Shown piece after piece: positions 40,026-50,213 of a DNA stretch of 64,000 nucleotides (position 1 is its first letter; each line of letters begins with the position of its first letter). Origin of the DNA: Vulcanimicrobiota bacterium (GTDB lineage: Bacteria > Vulcanimicrobiota > Vulcanimicrobiia > Vulcanimicrobiales > Vulcanimicrobiaceae); assembly GCA_963777315.1 (NCBI GenBank), contig CAVZQC010000001.1, forward strand, positions 352,001-416,000. Direction: 5' to 3'. Both the position numbers and the translations under genes were made by a program. The notes beneath the pieces were generated by a model. It was not told the DNA's origin. It made no database searches and worked only from the letters and a program-made list of their open reading frames with translations.

Positions 40026-41603
40026 ATGGTGAAATGGCTTGGCCCCGCGATCGCAGCGTTCGCTATCGCCGCGCTTACCGCATGCGGTTCTTCGAACGGC
40101 TCTGCGCCCCCGACCAATCCGCTGGCGCCGGGCGGCGGCCTCGTGCAGCAGAACTTCGTCGGTGTGGGCGACAGTTTGACGTTCGGCGAGCAGTCCGACG
40201 GACAGCTGGGCGTGCTTGCGACCAGCCCCATATCCGGATTGCCGGGCGGCGTCGTTCCGCCCGGACAAACGATGGGCTTTTGGGCGCTCATGTACGCGCA
40301 AATGAACGGCATCGCGATCGATCCCGCCCTCGGCGTATGGAATACGGATACGCGTTTGGGCATCCCCGGCACGTCGCCGCTGCCGCTCATCAAGGCGCCG
40401 GGCTTGGGCGCACAGCTCGTCGTTTCCGCAACGAATCCGCCCTTTGCGCCAACGCATTCGGCGTGCGATGCATTCAATCAATCGGCGTACTCGCCCACGC
40501 TCTGGCAGCAAACGCGAGCATCGCTCACGGCGCCCATTGCCGATCTCGGCGTGCCGGGAATCACGATGCACGAATCGATCGCGATGACCGCTCCACTGAC
40601 CGGTCCGCCTAACCCGCCGAGCTGCGGATATGTAACCGTGCCGGGCGACATTACCTCGGGCGGCTTGCAGTCGCTGGTTTCGGGCGAGAGCGAGCTGTTC
40701 TATCCGGTGCTCGGGCAATTCCAATCCACGCTTGGTGCAGGTAAGGTAACGCAGGCCGCGGCCGCCGTTTCGCTCGCGCCGAAACTCACGACGGTATGGC
40801 TTGGCGCAAACGACGTGCTCAAGTACATTTTTTCGCACGGACAATCGCCGATCACGGATTCGCCAACGCAATTCTCGTCGGACCTTACCACGCTGGTGAC
40901 GATGCTCGAGAAATCAGGATCGAAAGTCGTGGTAGGTAATCTGCCGGATATTCTGGGCAACCCGTCCACGGGTGAAAATCCGGTGCCGCAATTTTTTCCG
41001 CAAACCAAACTGTCGGCCGACTTGACGGCGCTAGGCGTCAATCCCGCCGCGGCCGCACAGGTGGCAGCGTACGTCTCGGCAACGTACACCAAAGGCAACG
41101 GCGGCTTTTTGACGCAGAGCGGATTTTTCAGTTTGGTGTCGCAACTCAAATCGAGTCCCACGACGCTTCCGGTTCTGGACCCGAACGGGCCGGGCAGCGG
41201 CGACGGCCCCCTCTACCTGGATCAATCCTTCGCCGCATCCGCGACTGCGCTCATCGCGGGATACAATCAAACGATTAACGGCGTAGCCGCCGCAACGGGC
41301 GCGGGTTTGGCGGACATCGAAACGGCGTTTCGCAATCTGGATGCGACGGGCTTGCCTCTCGCGCCGGGCGTCACGCTCACGCTGCAGTTCGGAGGCGGCA
41401 TATTCAGTTACGACGGACTGCATCCGTCCAACACCGGATACGCGATCGTCGCCAACGTCTTCATCGGCGCGGCCGACGCGAAGTTCGGTTTGGCTATTCC
41501 TCCGCTGGGCAGCGCGCAAATCGGCGCCATCGCGCAAAACGACACCTACAACCCGTACGTCATCAAGGCCGTCAACCCGGCGTGGCCGTTCCCGCTGCCC
41601 TAG
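40026..41603 (+). CDS. SGNH/GDSL hydrolase lipoprotein
   Basis: Lipobox LTAC, GDSL, LGVPG, LGAND, DGLHP. Confidence 0.88.
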   Translation: MVKWLGPAIAAFAIAALTACGSSNGSAPPTNPLAPGGGLVQQNFVGVGDSLTFGEQSDGQLGVLATSPISGLPGGVVPPGQTMGFWALMYAQMNGIAIDPALGVWNTDTRLGIPGTSPLPLIKAPGLGAQLVVSATNPPFAPTHSACDAFNQSAYSPTLWQQTRASLTAPIADLGVPGITMHESIAMTAPLTGPPNPPSCGYVTVPGDITSGGLQSLVSGESELFYPVLGQFQSTLGAGKVTQAAAAVSLAPKLTTVWLGANDVLKYIFSHGQSPITDSPTQFSSDLTTLVTMLEKSGSKVVVGNLPDILGNPSTGENPVPQFFPQTKLSADLTALGVNPAAAAQVAAYVSATYTKGNGGFLTQSGFFSLVSQLKSSPTTLPVLDPNGPGSGDGPLYLDQSFAASATALIAGYNQTINGVAAATGAGLADIETAFRNLDATGLPLAPGVTLTLQFGGGIFSYDGLHPSNTGYAIVANVFIGAADAKFGLAIPPLGSAQIGAIAQNDTYNPYVIKAVNPAWPFPLP

Positions 41604-41607
41604 CAGT

Positions 41608-41923
41608 ATGGCAACCATTGAAGAGGTCAACGATTCCGCGCCGAACACGCTGCGCTTGATCGACGTTCGCAAAAAACCCGACGACCGGCAGATTCCGGGC
41701 TCGCAACGCTACGACGGCGAGCAGCTCGAACGGTCGGCGCGACCTGCCGTTCGGCAAGGATGAACGCATCGTGCTCTACTGCGGCAGCGGAAATTCATGC
41801 TCTCGAATCGCGAAGGCGCTGCGCGAGCGGGGCTACGCGCGCGCGGAAGCGCTCGAAGGCGGCTACGCGGCGTGGAAAGACGCGGGCTTGCCGCTCGAGC
41901 CCATTACGCCGCGCTCGATGTGA
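41608..41923 (+). CDS. Rhodanese-like protein (frameshift at about 41740)
   Basis: LIDVR...IPGS in frame 1, continuing as DLPFGKDERIVLYCGSGNSCSRIAKALRERGY...LEGGYAAWKDAGLP. Confidence 0.8.
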
Positions 41924-41936
41924 ATTAGGAGGACAC

Positions 41937-42326
41937 ATGGTTGCATCTCTCGCGCTGCTCGCCGCCCTGGTAACCGCGCCGTCGCCGGCGCCTTCCGTCA
42001 GTCCCGCGCCTCAAGCGTCCGCCGCGGCGCCCGCCGAAGATCCCGCCATAACCAAACTCGCGCGAGAACAGTATGACGCCTTTGCGGCCGGTAAAGTCGA
42101 TGCGACGAAGTACTCGGCAGCGATTCCCGCGGACGCGATCGCGCAGGTGCAGGCCGGATTGACGGCGCTCGGGCCGGTCAAAAGCGTGATCTTGCTTCGA
42201 ACCGTCTCCAGCGCGCAGGGGACCGTGTACGTTTACAAGTTTATTGCGGAAAACGGTGCGGCGCTCGAGCAACTTTCGGTCAAGGACGGCAAGATCGACG
42301 GCATCTATTTCATGCCGGCCAAGTAA
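41937..42326 (+). CDS. Small exported hypothetical protein
   Basis: AGGAGG RBS, hydrophobic N-terminus, Pro/Ala linker, C-terminal GKIDGIYF. Confidence 0.7.
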   Translation: MVASLALLAALVTAPSPAPSVSPAPQASAAAPAEDPAITKLAREQYDAFAAGKVDATKYSAAIPADAIAQVQAGLTALGPVKSVILLRTVSSAQGTVYVYKFIAENGAALEQLSVKDGKIDGIYFMPAK

Positions 42327-42335
42327 TCGCGGACG

Positions 42336-43595
42336 TCAGGCGTACACGCCGCGCAGCTTGAGCGCCTGCACGACTCGATCGATTCCCATCATGTACGCCG
42401 CAGTCCGGTAAGGGATCCGGTGCCGCTGCGCGATCCCGCGCAGTTCGTGGAAGTTGGCGATCAGCGTGTCTTCCAGACGCTCGTTGACTTCATTGAGCTT
42501 CCAAAAGTATCCCATGCGATCTTGAACCCATTCAAAGTACGACACCGTCACGCCGCCCGCGTTCGCCATGATGTCCGGTATCACGGTGATGCCGCGCTCG
42601 TTGAAAATGCGGTCCGCGTCGGGCGTGGTCGGTCCGTTGGCGCCTTCCACGATCAGCTTGGCCTTCACCAGTCCGGCGTTTTCCGCCGTAAGCACTTTTT
42701 CGAGCGCCGCCGGCACCAGCACGTCGCAGTCGGCGGCCAGCATCTCCGCGTTGCTGATCTTTTCGCCGCCGCGGAATCCGTCCAAATTATGATGCTCCTG
42801 CGTGTGGGCGACGGCGTTGGAGACGTCGATGCCGGTGGGATTGTAGTACGCGCCGGTGACGTCGGAGACTCCCACGACCGTGCAGCCGCGCTGTTCGAAT
42901 AGCCGCGCCGCCCACATTCCGACGTTGCCGAATCCTTGAATCACCACGCGCGCATCGGATGGTTTGAGGCCCATGTGGTCGAGTTCGTCCAGGCCGCAAA
43001 TCATGACGCCGCGTCCGGTGGCTTCGACGCGTCCTTTGGATCCGCCGATGGCCAGCGGCTTGCCGGTAACCACGCCGGGGACCGACTGACGCACGTGCAT
43101 CGAGTACGTGTCCATGAACCACGCCATCGTCTGCGAGTTGGTGTTTACGTCGGGTGCGGGAACGTCTTTGTCGGGGCCGACGACTTCGACCAGTTCGGCC
43201 GCGTATCTGCGCGTGATGCGCTCGAGTTCGCCCTGCGAAAGCTTACTGGGATCGCATGTTACCCCGCCTTTGCCGCCGCCGAACGGTAAGTCGACGACCG
43301 CGCACTTCCAAGTCATCCAAAACGCCAGCGCCGTCACCTCGTCGAGCGTGACGCCCGGATGAAACCGGATGCCGCCTTTTGCCGGCCCGCGCGCAAAACT
43401 GTACTGCACGCGGTATCCGGTGTACACCTCGAACTCGCCGTTGTCTCGCTGGAAGGGAATCGAGAAGATGATTTGACGCGTCGGGTGCGTCAGAATCGCG
43501 CGCATGGTCCCATCGAGTTGCAGAAGATTGGCGGCCTCGTTGAAGTAAGCGATGCCGTCTCCGAAAACCGAGACTTCGCGCACAGCAGTGGTCAT
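42336..43595 (-). CDS. gdhA: Glutamate dehydrogenase (Glu/Leu/Phe/Val family)
   Basis: GPAKGGIRF, MTWKCA, GGGKGG, DVPAPD, QGFGNVG, EGANGP, NAGGVTVSYFEW. Confidence 0.95.
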   Translation of the reverse strand: MTTAVREVSVFGDGIAYFNEAANLLQLDGTMRAILTHPTRQIIFSIPFQRDNGEFEVYTGYRVQYSFARGPAKGGIRFHPGVTLDEVTALAFWMTWKCAVVDLPFGGGKGGVTCDPSKLSQGELERITRRYAAELVEVVGPDKDVPAPDVNTNSQTMAWFMDTYSMHVRQSVPGVVTGKPLAIGGSKGRVEATGRGVMICGLDELDHMGLKPSDARVVIQGFGNVGMWAARLFEQRGCTVVGVSDVTGAYYNPTGIDVSNAVAHTQEHHNLDGFRGGEKISNAEMLAADCDVLVPAALEKVLTAENAGLVKAKLIVEGANGPTTPDADRIFNERGITVIPDIMANAGGVTVSYFEWVQDRMGYFWKLNEVNERLEDTLIANFHELRGIAQRHRIPYRTAAYMMGIDRVVQALKLRGVYA

Positions 43596-43691
43596 AGAAC
43601 CTGAGAGCCTCCCGCAGAAACCGTACGCGCATCACTTAGGGAACCGGGTGCAGGGTTCCCCTGCGTGCCGCAAACGGCCGCCGCCCTGCCG

Positions 43692-44787
43692 TCACACGTT
43701 GAATTTAAAGTTGACGACGTCGCCCTCTTGCATGGCGTAATCCTTGCCTTCCTGGCGAACCAGACCCGCTCCGCGAAGCGCTTCCATGGTTTTATACCGA
43801 GCGTAATCGTCGTAGCCGACGATTTCGGCGCGAATGAAGCCGCGTTCGATATCGCTGTGAATTTTGCCGGCGGCTTGCGGAGCTTTGGTGCCGCGTTCGA
43901 TCGTCCAAGCGCGCACTTCCTTTTCACCGGCCGTCAGAAACGTCATCAAGCCCAGCAGTTCGTACGCCGAAACGATCAAACGCTGCAATCCGCCTCGTTC
44001 GATGCCGAGCTCTGCGCGAAACTCCTTGGCTTCCCGCTCGGAAAGCCCGGCCAATTCAGCTTCGACTTTTCCGCAAAACGTCACGACGGCGCTGCCTTCC
44101 GCGACGGCGGCGTCTTCGATCTCGCGCAGGAGCGGCCCCGGCTCGTCCATCTGCGCTTCGTCGATATTCGCAACGTACAGCAGCGGCTTGGCCGTGAGCA
44201 AAAACGACTCGGCTGCGACCGCAGCTTCCACAGAGCCGCGCGCGAAGCTGCGCGCCGGACGATTGCGTTCGAGAGCGGCGATCAAGTTGCCGGCGGCCTT
44301 GACTTTGGGCTTGAGTTTCGGATCGGCGCGCGCTTCGCGTTCGAGCTTGTCCAAACGCTTTCGCAAGGCAGCTGAAATCCGCGAGCGCCATTTCGATGCC
44401 GACGATCTCGATGTCGCGCTGCGGGTCGGGAGCGCCTTCGACGTGCGTGACGTTATCGTCGGCGAACGCGCGCACGACCATCGCCACTGCGTCGGTCTCG
44501 CGGATGTGGCTTAGGAACGCATTGCCCAGACCCTGTCCCGAAGCATCTCCCTTGACCAACCCGGCAATGTCCACGAAGCGCACGGTCGCAGGCACGATCG
44601 TTTTGGAACCGACCAGTTCGGCAAGCACCTCGAGGCGATCGTCGGGCACCGGCACCTCGCCGACGTTGGGCTCGATCGTGGCAAAGGGATAATTGGCCGC
44701 CAGCGCCTGGGCGGATCGAGTGAGCGCGTTGAAGATAGTCGACTTGCCGACGTTGGGCAAGCCCACGATGCCGCACGAAAGAGCCAT
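43692..44787 (-). CDS. ychF: Redox-regulated ATPase YchF (frameshift at about 44374)
   Basis: [28 protein letters not shown], then [27 protein letters not shown]...FKFNV. Confidence 0.93.
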
Positions 44788-44886
44788 GCTGAACCGCGCT
44801 GGGTTCGGCCGGGATCGCGCGGCGCCCTGGCGGCCCGGCTGCTTTGCCCGGAATGATTGCAAGAGGAGCGCGTAGGATAGGTCAGG

Positions 44887-45360
44887 ATGCGGCAAATGAA
44901 GGTCGACAAGCTCGGAATCGATCTGCTCACGCACGATCCGGTCGTCATCCTCAAAGACATGGACGGCAAGCGATTTTTGCCGATCCTCATCGGGCCGTTC
45001 GAGGCGACCGCCATCGCGCTGGCGCTCGAAGGCGCGCCGGTCCCGCGTCCCCTCACGCACGATTTGATGCGCACGATATTCGAAACGCTCGATTCACGTC
45101 TCGAGCAGGTGGTCATCCACGACATTCGCGAGTCGACGTTCTTTGCAAAACTGATCGTACGCAAAAACGGCGAGCTGCAGGAAATCGACGCGCGGCCTTC
45201 CGACGGCATTGCGCTGGCGCTGCGGATGAGCGCGCCGATCTACGTCTCCGACAAAATCGTGCTCGAAGAATCCGTGCCCGACAAAAAGACCGAGGAAGCC
45301 GAAGTCGAGCGCTTCAAAAAATTCATCGACGACCTCAAGCCTTCCGATTTCAACCGATGA
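44887..45360 (+). CDS. Bifunctional nuclease family protein (DUF151)
   Basis: [32 protein letters not shown]. Confidence 0.92.
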   Translation: MRQMKVDKLGIDLLTHDPVVILKDMDGKRFLPILIGPFEATAIALALEGAPVPRPLTHDLMRTIFETLDSRLEQVVIHDIRESTFFAKLIVRKNGELQEIDARPSDGIALALRMSAPIYVSDKIVLEESVPDKKTEEAEVERFKKFIDDLKPSDFNR

Positions 45361-45370
45361 CGAACCCTCG

Positions 45371-47014
45371 TCAGATGTCCCACTTCCAGAGTTGGTACCA
45401 CGGCGTGCTGCTCGGATTGACTCTGAAGTTGCGCAGGTCCGACGAGCGAACCGCGATGCGTCTTCGATCGTAGAGCGGAATGAACGGTATGGTATTCCAG
45501 AGCAGCGCCTGCGCGCGGTGATAGACTTGCGCCCTTTTGCGCGGATCGTCGGTGGCTAAGCCGGCCTGCTCGTACGCGTCGACTTGCTTATTGCAATAAC
45601 GGTAGACGTTTTCACCGCGCGGATAAAAGAAGTTGCACCCGATGAAAAAGGACATATCGGGATCCCACGGCAGCGTTGCGCCGTAGATCGCAAAATCGTA
45701 CTGGTTACCGTAGATGGGTCCGTCGGGCGTGAAGATATCGTTGTAGGCGAATTCCTTGACGTTCAGGCGAATTCCCACAGCCGCGAAATACTGCTGCAGC
45801 TGCACGGCGAGCATGCGCAGGCCCACCGAACCCGAGATGCTGTCGAGCGTGAACTCCAAGCGCACGCTCCCGCGCACTCGAACGCCGTCCGCACCGCGGC
45901 GGTAGCCGGCAGCATCGAGCATGGCGTTGGAGCGGGCCGGATCGTACGTCCGGGCCGGGTTGTTCGTGTAGCCGATCGCGGTCGGCGGGATGATGTCGTG
46001 CGCGGGCACCGCGGTGTTGTGGGCGAGCTTTTGAATGATCGCGTTGTAATCGATCGCCGCTGCAACGGCACGTCGCACGCGTACGTCGCTCAGGCCGGGT
46101 TTGCTATTGTTGATGATGAGCAGCTCCTGCGAGTTCCACGGGTACAACGCGGTCGTCACGCCGGCAAGACTGCGGTACTGTTCGTATTGGGTCGCAGCTG
46201 GAGTGTCGACCAGATCGATTTGGTGCAGCTGCACTTGGTTGAGAATCGTCTGATCGTTTGGAATGACATGCAGCTCGATGCGCCGCAAGCGCGGAACGCC
46301 TCGATAATACAGCGTATTTCGTTCGAACACGATCTCGCGGCCGCGATCCCACCGGACGAACTTGAACGGGCCGCTTCCGATCGGACTCGCGTTGAACGGA
46401 ACTTGATTGATGGAGGCATACCCTGAGAGCAGATGCGCGGGCAGAATCGGCTTTCCGCCTTCCTGCAGCGAAGTGAAAAATTTGGAAACGAACGGCGGAT
46501 ACCGGCGCTTGAGATGCACGATCGCCGTGTAGCGATCGGGGGTCTCGATTGACGCGATCTCGGTGTAGCCCTCGCGGTGCAGCGTGTTGTTGTTGGGATT
46601 GACGACCGCTTGCCACGAGAACTTGACGTCCGCCGAAGTGAGCGCAGCCCCGTCCTGCCAGCGCACTCCGCGGCGCAGATGATAGACGTACGTTTTACCG
46701 TCCCCAGAGATTCCGCCGTTGCGCAAGGTCGGCACCTGCGTTGCCAGATCGCCCTGCAGCCCGCCTCGGTCGTCCGCCACGACCATGTACGAATACATCA
46801 GCGAGGACGTGAAGTACACCAGGTCCATCGTGGACAGGTATTCGTTCAGGTTGTCGGGGTCGGAGATATCCGCCAAGCGCAGCACGTGCGGCACGGTCCA
46901 CGCGTGGCGGCCGGTTTGGGACGGCGCACCGGTCCCGCCGCGCTCGCAAGCGGCTTGCGACAGCAACGTAACGCACAGCAGAATCGTGCTCGGGATTCGC
47001 AAGCGTGCTCTCAT
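45371..47014 (-). CDS. Peptide ABC transporter substrate-binding lipoprotein (family 5)
   Basis: Lipobox QAAC, LRRGVRWQDG, PIGSGPFKF, DVRVRRAV; ATG 47014. Confidence 0.9.
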   Translation of the reverse strand: MRARLRIPSTILLCVTLLSQAACERGGTGAPSQTGRHAWTVPHVLRLADISDPDNLNEYLSTMDLVYFTSSLMYSYMVVADDRGGLQGDLATQVPTLRNGGISGDGKTYVYHLRRGVRWQDGAALTSADVKFSWQAVVNPNNNTLHREGYTEIASIETPDRYTAIVHLKRRYPPFVSKFFTSLQEGGKPILPAHLLSGYASINQVPFNASPIGSGPFKFVRWDRGREIVFERNTLYYRGVPRLRRIELHVIPNDQTILNQVQLHQIDLVDTPAATQYEQYRSLAGVTTALYPWNSQELLIINNSKPGLSDVRVRRAVAAAIDYNAIIQKLAHNTAVPAHDIIPPTAIGYTNNPARTYDPARSNAMLDAAGYRRGADGVRVRGSVRLEFTLDSISGSVGLRMLAVQLQQYFAAVGIRLNVKEFAYNDIFTPDGPIYGNQYDFAIYGATLPWDPDMSFFIGCNFFYPRGENVYRYCNKQVDAYEQAGLATDDPRKRAQVYHRAQALLWNTIPFIPLYDRRRIAVRSSDLRNFRVNPSSTPWYQLWKWDI

Positions 47015-47066
47015 GCCGTTTCCCGTTCGAGGGGTAGCCGCGTTTTCCCAGAATCCAGCGCCGGTT

Positions 47067-47873
47067 ATGCAGACACGTGAACGCGCCGACATCGGCGTTT
47101 TTGGCGGCTCCGGCTTCTATTCGCTGATCGAAAGCGCCCGGGAGGTTCCGGTCGAAACGCCGTATGGAGCGCCCAGCGATGCGCCGGCCTTGGGCGAAAT
47201 CGCCGGCAAACGGGTCGCGTTTTTGCCGCGCCACGGAAAGGACCACCGCTTTCCGCCGCATGCCATCAACTATCGCGCCAACCTGTTCGCGATGAAGGCG
47301 TTGGGCGTCAAGCGAATCATCGCCCCGACTGCGTGCGGTTCGCTCAAACCCGAAGTTCGGCCGGGATCGATGGTCGTCGCGGATCAGATCGTCGATCGAA
47401 CCACCGCTCGCAAGGATACGTTTTACGACGGTCCCATTACGACGCACGTCAGTTTTGCCGACCCGTACTGCCCCACCATGCGGCCCATCGCGATAAAAGC
47501 GCTGCGTTCGCTGGACATCGAAACGCACGAACGCGGCACGATCGTCGTCATCCAAGGCCCTCGCTTCTCCACCCGCGCCGAATCCCGTTGGTTTTCGGCG
47601 GCGGGTTGGGAGGTCATCAACATGACGCAGTATCCCGAATCGTATTTAGCGCGCGAACTGGAGATGTGTTACGTCAACATCTCGCTTATCACCGACTACG
47701 ACGTCGGTTTGGAGGGCGCGGGCGGCATTCAGCCCGTCTCGCATCACGAAGTCATCGAGGTCTTCAACAGAAACAACGCCCGCGTCAAGGACGGCATTTT
47801 GCGCATAATCGAAGAGCTTGACGTCGACGCCGACTGCGCATGCAGGCACGCCCTGGAAGGAGCTCGAGCCTAA
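47067..47873 (+). CDS. mtnP: S-methyl-5'-thioadenosine phosphorylase
   Basis: GGSG, TPYG, LPRHG, INYRAN, GPRFSTRAES, INMT, TDYD. Confidence 0.93.
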   Translation: MQTRERADIGVFGGSGFYSLIESAREVPVETPYGAPSDAPALGEIAGKRVAFLPRHGKDHRFPPHAINYRANLFAMKALGVKRIIAPTACGSLKPEVRPGSMVVADQIVDRTTARKDTFYDGPITTHVSFADPYCPTMRPIAIKALRSLDIETHERGTIVVIQGPRFSTRAESRWFSAAGWEVINMTQYPESYLARELEMCYVNISLITDYDVGLEGAGGIQPVSHHEVIEVFNRNNARVKDGILRIIEELDVDADCACRHALEGARA

Positions 47874-47874
47874 G

Positions 47875-48585
47875 ATGCGCAGACAAGGCTTGGATCCTGC
47901 GCTGTACGTCCAAGCGTTTGGGGTGTACGCGCGCAATCTGGGCGTACTGCTCGCGCCGCTTCTGGCAGCGGCGATCGCTCTTGGCCTGGAATATTTGGAA
48001 GGTCCGCTCTTCAACCCCATCGGCGGCGCCGGCGACCCGATCGTAGGTTTCATCATCCAAGTGATCCAGGGCTTTGCTTTCGCAATCGCCGTGATATTCG
48101 CCGACAGCGCTTGGCACAACGGGCGCGGCGGCTTACGCGCATCCTGGGATCAAGCGCGCCGGCGCGCGGGCGACATCATCATCGCCGTCATCGGATTTTT
48201 CTTTCTGGTATACGTTGCGCAACTCGTCGGCGGGATCATTGGGGGCATCGTTCACCTACCCTACATCGGGTTGGCGCTGGGAGCGCTCGCGGTGTGGGCG
48301 TTCGTCTACGCCATTGCGGCAGCGGCTATTGGGGGCGTTCCGGCCGGCGGTGCATTTTCCACTTCTCTGCAGACTGCGCGGCGCCATCCGCTTGCAACGG
48401 CCATTTTGGTGATCGTCAGTCTGCTCGTGTACTATTACGTCGGCATGATACTTCCGGACCGGCTTGGCCCGTACTTGGGAGTCGGTTACGACGTTGCGCG
48501 CATTTTGCTGGCAGCGCTGGCCACCGGTTACGTTGCGCTCGTCGTGGCGCGCCAGTACGCCGATTTCGCGTTCAGGCGGTGGTAG
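47875..48585 (+). CDS. Hypothetical integral membrane protein
   Basis: About 6 TM segments, starts 1 nt after the mtnP stop. Confidence 0.75.
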   Translation: MRRQGLDPALYVQAFGVYARNLGVLLAPLLAAAIALGLEYLEGPLFNPIGGAGDPIVGFIIQVIQGFAFAIAVIFADSAWHNGRGGLRASWDQARRRAGDIIIAVIGFFFLVYVAQLVGGIIGGIVHLPYIGLALGALAVWAFVYAIAAAAIGGVPAGGAFSTSLQTARRHPLATAILVIVSLLVYYYVGMILPDRLGPYLGVGYDVARILLAALATGYVALVVARQYADFAFRRW

Positions 48586-49595
48586 ATCGCGCCGAGGTCA
48601 CGGCCATGCGCGCGAATTCACCGACGAATGCCGGGCTGACGTTTGTTTGCGCCAGACGCTGGGCGTGACTTAGCCGCGCAAGCACGCTGCGCGCTCCGTC
48701 GGCGGGGATCTCCGGAAGGCGAGTGAGTTCCTTGGCGTAGTCCGCCGCAAGCAGCGGGTGGGTCTTTTCCGGCCTGCGAAATCGCGATCCAGTCGCGCAC
48801 GAAGGTCTTGAGAATTTCTAGGCCCTCGTCGAGCGTTTCGCGCGTCGCCCACGTTTGCTGCGGCGAGCGTCCGCGGGCGGCTTCAAAAAACCAGTCCGCA
48901 ACCTGATCGCGCAATCCGCGCTCTTGCGTGGAAACCGTCGACAAGGCGCGCGTGACCGAGCCCTGCGAAAGCGCCGCCGCCAAGCGCGACTGCCTTTCGT
49001 CGAAACCTCGCTCGCGCAGAATGCTCGCGACCTGCGCCTGCGCCAACGCCGGAAAGCGGATTTCGATCAGGCGTGAACGGATCGTGTCCAGCAAACGGGC
49101 CGGCGTCGAAGTCGTCAGCAGCAGCAAAACGTTTGCCGGGGGCTCTTCGAAAAACTTGAGCAGCGCGTTTGCCGCGGCGGCCGAGGCGAACTCGACGTCG
49201 CCCAGAACGAATATGCGCAATCCGCCGGCATAGGACTGCAGCGAGAGCTGCCGCACGAGGTCGCGAGACGTCGTCGACTCAGACTCGTGAAACGCCATCG
49301 CTTCGTCGGTCTCGCCGATCTTGAGCGGCCCCGTGCTTTCCAGCAGATCGGGATGGCGCGTTTCTTCTTTGCCGATGAGCCTGCACGACCCGCACGTTCC
49401 ATCGTAACCCAATATGCCGTCCGGGTGCGGCGCCCGGCACAGCAGCGATTGCGCCAGCGCGCGCGCGAAGGTCTTCTTTCCAACGCCTGGCGGACCGCTG
49501 AAAAGATAGCCGTGTCCGATCGTCTGCATGGTCAAGCGCGAAAAAAACCGCTTGGCGCCTTCGGCGCCGACGACGTCGAACCGCAAGTCGCTCAT
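48572..49595 (-). CDS. holB: DNA polymerase III delta' subunit (frameshift at about 48765)
   Basis: HGYLFSGPPGVGK, C...CGSC, HPD, ANALLKFFEEP, TIRSR; shifted frame continues PLLAADYAKEL...NVSP...* to 48572; follows tmk. Confidence 0.88.
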
Positions 49596-50200
49596 GCGAT
49601 GGCTCGCGAAACGGCGGCCAGGGCCGCCTGCACGACCTCGGCTTGCGGTCGCTCCCCATCGATCGCGACGACTCGCGAATCGAGTTCGCTCAATCGCAGA
49701 AATCCATCGCGTACCCTGCGATGAAACGCATCGTCCTCCAGTTCGAGCCGATCGTGCTCGTCGCCGCGGCGAGCGAGCCGCGCGCGCGAAGTCTCATACG
49801 AGATGTCGACGAGCAGTACCAGCTCCGGCTCAATGCCGTCGGCGGCGGCCGCGCACACCGAGCGCACCAACTCCAGCGGCAGTCCCCGGCCGTATCCTTG
49901 ATAAGCGAAAGTCGAATGAACGTACCGGTCGCACAGAACGATCGCACCGCGTTCCAGCGCCGGCCGAATGACCTGCGCTACCAACTGCGCGCGCGAGGCG
50001 TTGATGAGCAGCAGTTCGGTACGAGGATCGATCCGCAGACCGGGCTGCAGAAAAATTTCGCGTACGGCATTGCCTGCAGGCGTACCGCCTGGCTCGCGCG
50101 CGAGCAGCGTTTCGTGGCCGTGCGCTCGCAGGGCCGCCTCCACGTGCGCCATGAGCGTGGACTTTCCGCTCGCTTCGATGCCCTCGAACGTAATGAACAC
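49592..50200 (-). CDS. tmk: Thymidylate kinase
   Basis: FITFEGIEASGKST, REPGGT, CDRY, AYQGYGRG. Confidence 0.95.
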   Translation of the reverse strand: MFITFEGIEASGKSTLMAHVEAALRAHGHETLLAREPGGTPAGNAVREIFLQPGLRIDPRTELLLINASRAQLVAQVIRPALERGAIVLCDRYVHSTFAYQGYGRGLPLELVRSVCAAAADGIEPELVLLVDISYETSRARLARRGDEHDRLELEDDAFHRRVRDGFLRLSELDSRVVAIDGERPQAEVVQAALAAVSRAIA

Positions 50201-50213
50201 TCCAGGCGCGGCG

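Noticed and set aside
43639..43660. gggaacc/ggttccc hairpin between ychF and gdhA as a riboswitch
   Set aside because: Only a 7-bp stem with no recognisable aptamer; may be a weak terminator or operator
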